A stretch of 64,000 nt of DNA from Spirulina sp. GTDB lineage: Bacteria; Cyanobacteriota; Cyanobacteriia; Phormidesmidales; Phormidesmidaceae. The notes under the pieces were generated by a model that had not been told where the DNA came from, made no database searches, and was given only the letters and a program-made list of their open reading frames with translations. A program made the translations under genes and the position numbers. How positions within the stretch are numbered: the stretch's first letter is position 1; each line of letters opens with the position of its first letter. The DNA is taken from assembly GCA_044070495.1 (NCBI GenBank), contig JBIPSI010000011.1, positions 1 to 64,000 on the forward strand. The letters are read 5' to 3'. Positions 8,989 to 19,000 of the stretch are shown one piece after another.

Positions 8989-9741
8989 ATGGTTGGACTG
9001 GACATTGGGGTGGAAACGCAGACACCAAAGCGGGAGTTTGACTTTTACCATACTCCGGTGTACCCCGTGGCGGATGCAGCCCGATACTTGCGTATTCCTG
9101 CTCCAACTCTGCGGTCGTGGCTTCAGGGTCGGTCTTACCGTACACCCCAGGGTTTAAAAAAAGCCTCCTCGCCACTCATTGAACGCCCGGACGCAAACCT
9201 CCCCTATCTCTCCTTTACGAACTTAGTGGAGGCCCATGTTCTACGCATTATTCGAGAAACCCACCAGATCCGACTAGACAAGGTTCGTCAAGCTCTAGAC
9301 TATATGGCTCAGCAATTGAAGACCGACCATCCCCTAGTCATGAAACAGTTTCAAACGGATGGTGTGGATCTCTTTGTGGAGCAAATGGCAGAAAATCAAG
9401 AGAATGCCCTTGTGAATATTTCGCGAGGGGGACAATTTGCGATGCGAGAGGTTCTAAACCAATTGCTGACCCGTATTGAATGGAATGCTGAAGGGATAGC
9501 CAGTCGGTTTTTTCCCATCACTGATATATTTGCCGATGCCAAAAGTGATAGGACTATCGTGATTGATCCATCCATTCGTTTTGGCAAGCCGATGATCTCT
9601 GGCAAAGGAATACCGACCAATGCCATTGTTAATTTATACAACGCTGGAGATTCTGTAAACGATATTGCCGAAGAGTTTGGCTGCACATCAGAACAGATTA
9701 GAGAAGCCATTCGATTTGAGTCTTTGCTATTAGCCGCGTGA
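8989..9741 (+). CDS. DUF433-containing antitoxin with N-terminal HTH (VapB45-like)
   Basis: YPVADAARYLRIPAPTLRSW; SFTNLVEAHVL; IDPSIRFGKPMISGKGIPT...AGDSVNDIAEEF. Confidence 0.85.
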   Translation: MVGLDIGVETQTPKREFDFYHTPVYPVADAARYLRIPAPTLRSWLQGRSYRTPQGLKKASSPLIERPDANLPYLSFTNLVEAHVLRIIRETHQIRLDKVRQALDYMAQQLKTDHPLVMKQFQTDGVDLFVEQMAENQENALVNISRGGQFAMREVLNQLLTRIEWNAEGIASRFFPITDIFADAKSDRTIVIDPSIRFGKPMISGKGIPTNAIVNLYNAGDSVNDIAEEFGCTSEQIREAIRFESLLLAA

Positions 9742-10169
9742 GCCAGCGTCACGATATTACGTTCTTTATCGATTGGTCAATCGGTCAACAAGCGGTACCT
9801 TCTGCCTTGAGATCAGTCGGCGCAAAGATTGAGACCCACGGGGATCATTTTGCCCCAGAAACCCTAGATGTGGATTGGCTAAGGATTGTCAGTGATAGGA
9901 ATTGGGTGGTCATTACCAAAGACGAAGCCATTGGGCGAAGACCCAACGAAGTCGAAACCATTGCCAGGGCAGGTGCAAAGGTATTCATCTTGGCATCAGG
10001 CAATCTAACCCGTCAGCAGATGGTCGATATTCTCGTTAGGGTTATCGTCAAGCTAGAAAATTTTGCCCAGAGTAATCCAGCCCCTTTTATTGCCAAAATC
10101 TATCAAGATCGGCATCTTAAAATGTGGCGCAACCACGCTCAACTCTTAAAAATGCTCAAATCATCCTAG
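9738..10169 (+). CDS. PIN-like toxin (VapC45-like)
   Basis: FFIDWSIG, DVDWL, WVVITKDEAI; GTGA overlap with the DUF433 gene. Confidence 0.8.
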   Translation: MSQRHDITFFIDWSIGQQAVPSALRSVGAKIETHGDHFAPETLDVDWLRIVSDRNWVVITKDEAIGRRPNEVETIARAGAKVFILASGNLTRQQMVDILVRVIVKLENFAQSNPAPFIAKIYQDRHLKMWRNHAQLLKMLKSS

Positions 10170-10299
10170 AGGGCGTTTGAAAAGGGTTGCCTCAGGTGCG
10201 TTTGATCGTTAAATCGGTGTAAATCTACGGAATTTTTGACGACTGAAGCTGACCTCATCGGTATAGCTTGGGACACACTCCGGCTTTTCAAACGTCCTC
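10169..10299. mobile_element. MITE family B, copy 1
   Basis: TIRs GAGGGCGTTTGAAAAG / CTTTTCAAACGTCCTC, flanked by TA on both sides; homologous to 12258-12387. Confidence 0.85.
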
Positions 10300-10401
10300 T
10301 AGATAGCTGCTGTAGTCGGAGCAACCGTCCGAAAGCCTTAACCTTTAGCTTAGGACTTATATTTTATATTAGGATCACCCCCTAGCCCATCCCGGTTTAC
10401 C

Positions 10402-10818
10402 ATGCGTTTTAAGCACCGCTCCCAATCGCAAATCCCTGAGGTCAACCTCGTTCCCATGATGGACGTGCTGATGACGGTGCTCACCTTCTTCATCATCATT
10501 TCCATGGGGTTAACGGGGCAGCAGATCCTCAATGTGCGCCTACCCCAATCGGTGGCCGAGGGCGGCCTAGGCGAGGACGAGGTGATTTCTGTGGAAGCCC
10601 TGATGGTGGGGCTTGATAAGGACGGTAACCTCGTGTTTGATAACCAGACCACCACCTGGAACGCCCTTTCCCAGGAGGTACGCACCTACTTTGCCCAAAA
10701 CCCAGAGGGGCGCTTAGTGCTCAAGGCCGACCGGGAACTGACCTACAGCCAAGTGGCCAAGCTGCTGGCGGATCTGCGAGCCATCGGCGGCAACCGGGTT
10801 TCCTTGGCGGTGGAATAG
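10402..10818 (+). CDS. exbD: Biopolymer transporter ExbD/TolR
   Basis: EVNLVPMMDVLMTVLTFFII; LKADRELTYSQV. Confidence 0.9.
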   Translation: MRFKHRSQSQIPEVNLVPMMDVLMTVLTFFIIISMGLTGQQILNVRLPQSVAEGGLGEDEVISVEALMVGLDKDGNLVFDNQTTTWNALSQEVRTYFAQNPEGRLVLKADRELTYSQVAKLLADLRAIGGNRVSLAVE

Positions 10819-10850
10819 CCTTGAACTAAAACTTTGTTGGAGCCAGAGCC

Positions 10851-12065
10851 ACGTTACCCAGCGACCTACTGATCTACCGCTACCAAGGGGAAGCCATTCA
10901 GCCGCAGCGGTTGGCCTTAAATGGCGCGAATCGGGCCATGGCCACGGATTTAATCGGCATCTTCCAGGCCCAGGTGGGGCAGACCCAGGGCGACCTGAAC
11001 CGCCAGCTTCAGGACTTGGAAGGCGAAGACACCAACTACCGCATCCGGCGAGGGCTGGCCCATTTGCTGCGCAATCACTTTGCCACCTTCGAGCAGGTTA
11101 GCCCCTTGGAACCAGAGGAACTACGGCAGCGGATCTTTACCCTGGCTGCCCAGACGGTTCCCTCCCCGCAGAACGGCCAGCGCCACTATGCCCTCCTCAG
11201 CCAGCAGCTTAGTCAGGAATTGGAGAAAGAGGTGACCGTGGACGAGGTGCGCCAGGGCCTCTATGCCGACCTGCAAGAAAACCGCATCCTCACCACCTTT
11301 GATGCCCCCGAACCCGATGCCCTGCTGCACCGCTACAACCTCTCCCAAACCCAGGGCGTGTTCTACAAAGCCAGCGACCTGGTGATGCACCTCTACCGCA
11401 ACGATCCGGGCGAATACAAGCTGATGTTTCGCTACCTGAAGCTGTTTCGGTTGATGACCTACATCGAAGGCGACGCCGACCAGGGCTTCACCATCACCAT
11501 CGATGGCCCCGCCAGCCTGTTCAAACCCAGCACCCGCTACGGGGTCGATATCGCCAAGCTGGTTCCGGCCATCCTCCACGTTAGCCGCTGGCGACTCACC
11601 GCCACCCTGCAAATTAAAGATAGCTACAGCCAGAAAATTCGCAGTCGTCAGTTCACCCTCGATAGCGACTGCGGCCTGGTCACCCACTATCCCCCCGGCA
11701 AACCCTACGACAGCCAAATCGAAGAATCCTTCGTCAACCGCTGGCCCGCCGATTCTCCCTGGAAACTAGAGCGCGAAGTAGACCTGATCCCCATTCCCGG
11801 CAGCGTTATGATTCCCGACTTTCGCCTCGTCCACACCGACGGGCGAGAATACCTACTAGAAATCGTCGGCTATTGGCGACCGGAATACCTGCGTAAAAAG
11901 TTCGCCCAGGTTCGCAAGTCTGACCGCACCAACCTGATCCTCGCCATCTCCGAACGCCTCAACCTGGAAAAGGCGGGGGTGGACATCAACCAGGTGCCCG
12001 TGCCCATCGTGTGGTTCAAAACCAAGCTACAACCCAAGGCCGTGCTGGAGATACTGGAATCCTAG
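10851..12065 (+). CDS. DUF790 family (Bax1-like) endonuclease, probable ACG start
   Basis: LYADL, RYNLSQTQG, IDGPASLF...RYG, YDSQIEESF, IPDF, LEIVGYWRPEYL; frame open upstream of the called TTG to (T)LPSDLLIYR. Confidence 0.85.
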   Translation, partial: TLPSDLLIYRYQGEAIQPQRLALNGANRAMATDLIGIFQAQVGQTQGDLNRQLQDLEGEDTNYRIRRGLAHLLRNHFATFEQVSPLEPEELRQRIFTLAAQTVPSPQNGQRHYALLSQQLSQELEKEVTVDEVRQGLYADLQENRILTTFDAPEPDALLHRYNLSQTQGVFYKASDLVMHLYRNDPGEYKLMFRYLKLFRLMTYIEGDADQGFTITIDGPASLFKPSTRYGVDIAKLVPAILHVSRWRLTATLQIKDSYSQKIRSRQFTLDSDCGLVTHYPPGKPYDSQIEESFVNRWPADSPWKLEREVDLIPIPGSVMIPDFRLVHTDGREYLLEIVGYWRPEYLRKKFAQVRKSDRTNLILAISERLNLEKAGVDINQVPVPIVWFKTKLQPKAVLEILES

Positions 12066-12102
12066 CGATGGGGCTATCCTGATTGCCTGACACATCTCCA
12101 AA

Positions 12103-12187
12103 GTAGGTTGGGTGCAGCGAAGCGGAACCCAACACTCACCGAGAATTTCGGACTTGTTGGGTTCTGCTATCGCGCCACCCAACCTAC
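12103..12187. repeat. GTAG-type REP doublet (REPIN-like), family C copy 1
   Basis: GTAGGTTGGGTG...AACCCAACA spacer TGTTGGGTT...CACCCAACCTAC; also at 20408 and 58895. Confidence 0.9.
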
Positions 12188-12257
12188 GAGAAATCAATGT
12201 TTTTTGGCGTTGCGTCAGTCAGCAAGGGGGCTATCACCGCTGGTCTATCCCACCTCA

Positions 12258-12387
12258 GAGGACGTTTAAAAAGCCGAAGTGGGTCCCAAGCTATACCGAT
12301 GAGGTCAGTCTCAACCGTCAAAATTCCGTAGATTTGCACCGATTTAGCGACCAATCGCACCTGAGGCAACCCTTTTCAAACGCCCTC
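12258..12387. mobile_element. MITE family B, copy 2 (inverted relative to copy 1)
   Basis: GAGGACGTTTAAAAAG / CTTTTCAAACGCCCTC; TCA on both flanks. Confidence 0.85.
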
Positions 12388-12432
12388 TCAACCAGATTGC
12401 TCCTACTCGGCGGTCATCTAAGACCTTAGAAC

Positions 12433-12562
12433 CAGGTTAACTGACAAAAGATCCTGCGCCGGACGCGGAAACCGCGCCCCTACAAGATTTGGATAATGTA
12501 GGGGTCAGGTCTCCTGACCCTTTGGCGGATCTGGGTTCTCGCAAGTTTTGTCAGTCAACCAG
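12433..12562. mobile_element. MITE family A, complete copy with 9-bp target duplication
   Basis: TIRs CAGGTTAACTGACAAAA / TTTTGTCAGTCAACCAG; CCTTAGAAC directly before (12424-12432) and after (12563-12571). Confidence 0.9.
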
Positions 12563-13007
12563 CCTTAGAACCGTTGATTTAATGTCCGTTACTGCCGTGC
12601 TTACTTAGGAGTCGGCCTTGGAGACAGCCTTAACTTCACTAAGTAATATAAATATCTAAAATTGGGCTGGACTTACCAGGAAGAAACTCAACAAAAGCGT
12701 TAATCATCTTAATATTCATTCATAATCCAGAATCAACATGGCGGATAAGGTGAAAATAGGGTTGGGTTATTAGCAGTTTCCTAGAATTGGCAGCTAAGAT
12801 CGTAGACCCGGCTGTGTATTTCTACAAAAACCGTTCAAGATTAGGCCAACAGAGAATGGGGGAATCGATACCTTGGCCCGTGGATACCTTACTCATAGGA
12901 AATCACCATACAGGTTTCAAGGATCGCTAGATATCAGAAAGGTCGTTTCAGTTAACTATCGGAAAAAGGGGTCACTTAACTAATATTATAGCTTCGGCTG
13001 TTTACCT

Positions 13008-16000
13008 ATGAAAATCCTTTTTTTAGGCGAAATCGAGAATGATAGGATTAAGCTCACCCAGATCCTTAAAGAGGTGAGTGTAACCGATCATCTGGAGTTT
13101 TTAGACCCGTTACCTGCCGCTGCTGAGTCCAATCAGCTTGCTGCTGGCAATCTGGTTTTTGCTCCCCTCCAATTACTAAAGGCCCTGTTCTCCCAGGCTG
13201 AGCTAGCCCCTACCCAGTGCCCCTACTATGCGGTTGCCATCGCCGCCGATGATGAGATAGAGAACCTCAGTGAATGGCTGGCTGAGGGTGGTCATGATTA
13301 CTTGATTAAAGACCCCGCAGGGTTTCAGGGGCCGCTGCTGCCCTTGGCGCTGAAAAGGATCTTAAATGCGGTTCAGGTTCACCAGGGTAGGCAGGCATTA
13401 GAGACCGAAAGCCACCTGCTTAAAACGGTGATTAACCAAGTTCCCAATCAGATTTTTGTTAAAGACTCAAACGGACGCTATTTGTTAGCCAATCAGGAAA
13501 TTGCTAATTTCTATGGCCTTGCCCCCGAACAGATGGTGGGTCGTCAAGACTCAGACTTTCACCCAGATGCAGCCAAGGTTGAGACCTTTAGGCTGCAAAA
13601 TCAAACGGTGATCGAGACCCAGCAGGATCTTGTCATTAACGAGGAGTATGAGGTCGATGCCGAGGGGGCAGATCACTGGCTGAACTGGCATAAGCTACCG
13701 TTTAGCTGGCCAAACGATGACTCAGGGGTGGTCTTGGGCATTGGCACCGATATCACCGCCTACCACCAGATCATGGCCTTTCTGCGGGAGAATAACCAAC
13801 GGCTTTCCCTGGCCCTGAAGGCCGCTAGGGCCGGGGTGTGGGACTGGGATCTACTCACCGACCGCCTGACCTGGAGTGAGGAAAATTTTGAACTGCTCGG
13901 CTATACGGCCAATCGCCACAGGGCTAGCTATGCCAACTGGTTAGATGCCATCCACCCCGACGACCGCGAGCGGGCCGATGCCATCTTTTTACAAACCCTG
14001 GCCGATCAGGCTAACCTCGACCTAGAGGTGCGGGTGTGCTGGCCCGATGGCACCATTCGCTGGCTGCGTAACATCGGTCAGTTTACCTACGACGACCAGG
14101 GCAACCCAACCCGGTTAATCGGCATTCAGATTGATGTGACCGAGACCAAGCAGGCGGCAGCCCAGATCGCCTTTCAGGCTTCTCTGCTGCACCAGGTGCG
14201 TCAGGCGGTTATCGCTACCGATTTAAATGGGCAGATCACCTACTGGAACCAGCACGCGGAAGACCTGTATCAGTGGACCGCCGCCGAAGCCCTAGGGGCC
14301 AACGTGAACGATATTCTGGTGCCCCAGGGGTTGCACCTCCAGGCCGATCACATCCTGCAAGCGGTGACTAAGCAGGGCCATTGGCAAGGGGAGTTTGAGG
14401 TGAGGCGCAGGGGTGGCAGCCTGCTGCCCATCTATATCGTGAACTCTCTGCTGCGCAATGATCGGGCGGAACCCATGGGGTTTGTGGGGGTCAGCATTGA
14501 CATCAGTGATCGCAAACGCCTAGAAGCGGAACGAGATCGCCATGCCCAACTGCTGGCAAGGCAGCGGGACGTGCTGGAGCTGATGGTCTTAGATACGCCG
14601 CTCCCTGAGGTGCTGAATCGGCTCATCCTTGCCCTTGAAGCCCAATGCGAGGGGATGGTGGGGTCGATTTTACTGCTGGATGGCCAACACCTTTGGCACG
14701 GGGCCGCCCCCGGTTTGCCCATCGCCTATCAGCGGGCCATTGATGGCATCGAGATCGGGCCAAAGGCGGGTTCTTGCGGTACCGCTGCCTTTCGCCAAGA
14801 GCCGGTGATTGTGAGCGACATTGCCACCGATCCGCTGTGGGAGGACTACCGTGATTTGGCCCTGCCCCACGGTCTGAGGGCTTGCTGGTCGGTGCCGATT
14901 ATCTCCCGCTCGGGCCAGGTGTTAGGCACCTTTGCCCAGTACCACCCCACCCCTTATCACCCCACCGCCCAGGATGAGGTACTGGTGGATACTGCTGTGA
15001 AGCTGGCGGCTTTAGCCATCGACCAAAGCCGCAGTGACCAAGCCATGCGGGAGAGTGAAGCTCGCTTTCGGGCCATCTTTGAGCAGGCCGCCGTGGGCAT
15101 GACTCAGGCCTCCCTAGACGGACGCCTGCTGCGGGTAAATCCGGGGCTATGCCAGTTTCTGGGCTATACCGCCGAGGAACTTCTCCATCTCACCTTTCAA
15201 GCCATCACCCATCCCGACGATCTGCCCGCTAATCTAGTGGTCTATTCCCAACTGCTGGGGGGATCTCGGTCTAGCTATTCCCTCGAAAAACGCTACATCC
15301 GTAAGGATAGAACGGTGGTTTGGGGCCATCTGACCGTGTCGCTGATGCGCGATCAGGCGGGGCATCCCCTCTACCTGATTGCCGTGGTCGAAGACATTAC
15401 CGCCCGCAAACAGGCGGAGCAAGAACTGCAAGATCTGGTGGAAGGGGCCGCCGCCCTCACCGGGCCAGATTTCTTCCCCGCCCTGGCGGCCTACGTGGCC
15501 CTTACCCTAGACGTTGGGTATGTCTTGATCTCCAAACGGCAGGAGGACACCTTCAGCACCCATGCCTTTTGGGCCAACGGTAAACTGCGGCCCAATGTCT
15601 CCGGCAGTTTGTGCCAAAGCCCCTGCGGGGTGGCCATGGCCGAGGGCATCTATATCTGCACCGAGGCAATCCAGCAGCGGTTCCCCGACAATCCTCTGCT
15701 GAAGGAAATCGAGGCCGAGTCATACCTGGGCGTGCAGCTCACCAATCTAGCCGGAGACACCCTCGGTAGTCTGTGTGTGATCGACTCTAACCCGCTGGCT
15801 CACCCCCAGCGGGCCGCCGACATGTTGCGGATTTTTGCCGCCCGAGTCAGTGCCGAGATGGAGCGAGAAGCCGCTATCCTAGCCCTACAGCACCTCAACC
15901 AAACCCTAGAGTTCCAGGTGGAGTCCCGCACGGCAGACCTGCAATGGGCCAATAGGCAGCTCCAGCAAGCCCTGGCCGAGCGCCAAATGCTGGTGGCCCT

Positions 16001-19000
16001 GGTAGAAAACAGCACCGACTTTATCGCCACGACCACCCCAGAGGGCGTCTTTACCTATCTGAACCGGGCTGGGCGGCAGATGGTGGGGTTAGACGATACC
16101 ACCGACATTACGACCTATACCATTGCCGATTTCCATTTTCCTGAGGATTGGCCGGAGATCGCCCGTACCGTGCTGCCGCCCCTTCGCCAAGGAGACACCT
16201 GGCAGGGAGAAATTCGGCTGCGCCATCTGCATACCGGGGTGGCCATTCCCATGTTCCACAGTGCCTTTGCCATTAACGATCCCCATACCGGGCAACCCAT
16301 CGCCTTTGCGGGTATCTTGCGCGACATCTCCGACCTGAAGCAAAAAGAAGTTCAACTGCGGCAACTGTCGGAACGACTAACCCTGGCCTTACAATCGGGC
16401 CGATTTGGCATTTGGGAGTACGACATCACCCAAAAACAACTGATTTGGGATGATCGCATGTGCGAACTCTACGGCATTGCCCCCCAGGAGTTTGGCGGTA
16501 CCGTGGCAGACTGGGAGCAACGGGTTCATCCCGACGACCTGGCCTTGGCCCAGGCCACAGCGGTTCAGTCGGAAAGGGAAGCACAGCCCTACGATACTGA
16601 ATTTCGAGTTGTGCTCCCCAATGGAGCCGTGCGCCATATCAAGGCCTATGCCTTCCATGAGCGGAATCCTGAAGGGGAAGCGATTCGAGCGGTTGGAGTG
16701 AATTTTGACATTACCGATCTCAAGCACGCGGAAGCGGCTCTGCGAGACAGTGAAGCCCAGATGCGGATGGTGATCGAGGCGCTACCCGATCTGTTACTGC
16801 GCGTGAGTACCACGGGGCACTGTCGCACGGTGGTTTGCTCCAACTATGCCTCCGATCAGTTCTTCCCGATAGTCGATCACTTGGCCGAAGTCTTGCCAGA
16901 GCCCCTACTCCAGCGCCAGTTAGTCAGTATTCAGCGGGCTGTAGCTACCGGCGAAGTAGAAATCTATGAGCATCAGCTAGAGCGGGACGGCCACATTGTC
17001 CATGAAGAAATTCGGATTGGCCCCATCAGCGCCGATGAAGCCTTGGTGGTAGTCCGCAATATTACGGATCGCAAACAGGCGGAGGCGGCTCTCCTGGAGA
17101 GCGAAACTCGCTATCGTCGGCTCATGGAAGGGGCCAGCGATGCCATTCTGATGGCGGATAGCGAGGGTTATCTCCTAGACGTAAACCAGCAAGCCCTAGA
17201 ACTGTTGGGCTATGACCGCGAGGAATTAGTGGGCATGCACATCTCTCAGATCCATCCTCCAGAAACCCTCGCCAGTGCCAAGACTAACTTTGCCGCTCTG
17301 ATCAGGCAGGGGAGCCATCTGCCGATGAGTAATGCGGTGCTGTGCAAAGATGGCCACCGGGTATCGGTAGAAGTGACCGCGACCTTAATTGAGATCAACG
17401 GTCAGTGGGTGGCCCAGGGAATTTTTCGCGATATCAGCGAGCGGCAACGGGTTGAACAAGAGATGCAGCGGCTGCGAGAACGGCTACAGTTTTTGCTGTC
17501 GGCCAGTCCCGCTGTGATCTACACCTGTCAGCCCACGGGGGATTTTAGATGTACTTTTATCAGTGAAAATATTCAACGAGTGTTGGGGTACACCCCCGAC
17601 GAATGGCTGCATGAAACAGACTTTTGGCTGAACCGTTTGCACCCGGAGGACGTGGAACGGGTATTGAGCGACCTCGCATCCCTATTTAGCCAGGGACATC
17701 ACACCCACGAATACCGGCTGCTAGATAAATGGGGCCATTACCGCTGGATACAGGATGAACTGCGGCTTCTGCGGGACGACCAGGGGAAGCCCCTAGAAAT
17801 AGTGGGCTATATTGCCGATGTCACGGATCGCAAACGGGCCGAATTGGCCCTACAACAGCTCAACGAAGACCTAGAAAACCTGGTACACCAGCGCACCCAG
17901 GAACTGGAGGAACAGAGCAACCTGCTCAAAACCATCCTCAACAGCTTGGCCGATGGCGTGCTGGTGGCGAACCAAGCCGGGGAGATCATTCTACAAAACC
18001 CGGCGGCGGCGCAAATCACCCTAACCGAGTTGCCCAACACCGCTAATCCTGAGCATTGGGGTACCCATTGGGGCATTTACTTGCCCGACAACACCCTCTG
18101 CCCCCCCGATCAGATCCCCCTCTGGCGAGCGGCCCAAGGCTCAGCCTTTGATCATATGGAGGTGATCCTTCGTAATGAGCGGTGCCCCCAAGGGCTTTAT
18201 CTGGAGGTGTCGGGTCGCCCGCTGAAAAACGGCAATGGCCAGGTGTTGGGTGGGGTGGTGGTGTTTCGCGATGTGAGTCAGCGTAAGCAGGACGAAGCCC
18301 AACTGCGCTACAACAGCCTGCACGATAGCCTCACAGATTTGCCTAACCGCGATTTTCTCACCCAGCAAATCACAGGACTAATTCAGCGCACCCAGGCTTC
18401 TCAGCAGCAAAACTTTGCGGTGCTGTTTTTAGACCTCGACCACTTTAAGGTGATTAACGACAGCCTCGGCCATGGGGTGGGCGATCAGATTTTGAACCAG
18501 GTAGCCCAGCGGCTACGATCTCTGCTGCGCCCCGCCGACCAAGCCGCTCGCCTAGGTGGCGATGAATTTGTGGTGCTGGTTGATCGCATTGCCGATGTGA
18601 AAATCCCCGTCCGCCTAGCCGAGCGACTCCTCCAGGAGTTTCAAAAACCCATGATGCTGGGCGAACGGGAGATTTTCGTTAAAACGAGCCTTGGCATTGT
18701 CCTGGGAAATTCCACCTATCACACGGCTGCCGATGTCCTGCGCGATGCCGATATCGCCCTCTACCAAGCCAAGGCCAAGGGGAGAAACCAGTATGCTCTC
18801 TTCAACGAAGCCATGCACATTCAGGCCCTAGAACGCCTACAAATGGAGCATGATTTGCGCCTTGCCCTAGTGCGAGAAGAATTGGTGGTTTACTATCAGC
18901 CCGTCATTAACCTGAGGTATTGGCGAGTAGCCGGGTTTGAAGCGTTGGTACGCTGGCAACACCCCACCCAAGGCTTCATTCCGCCGGATAAATTCATTCC

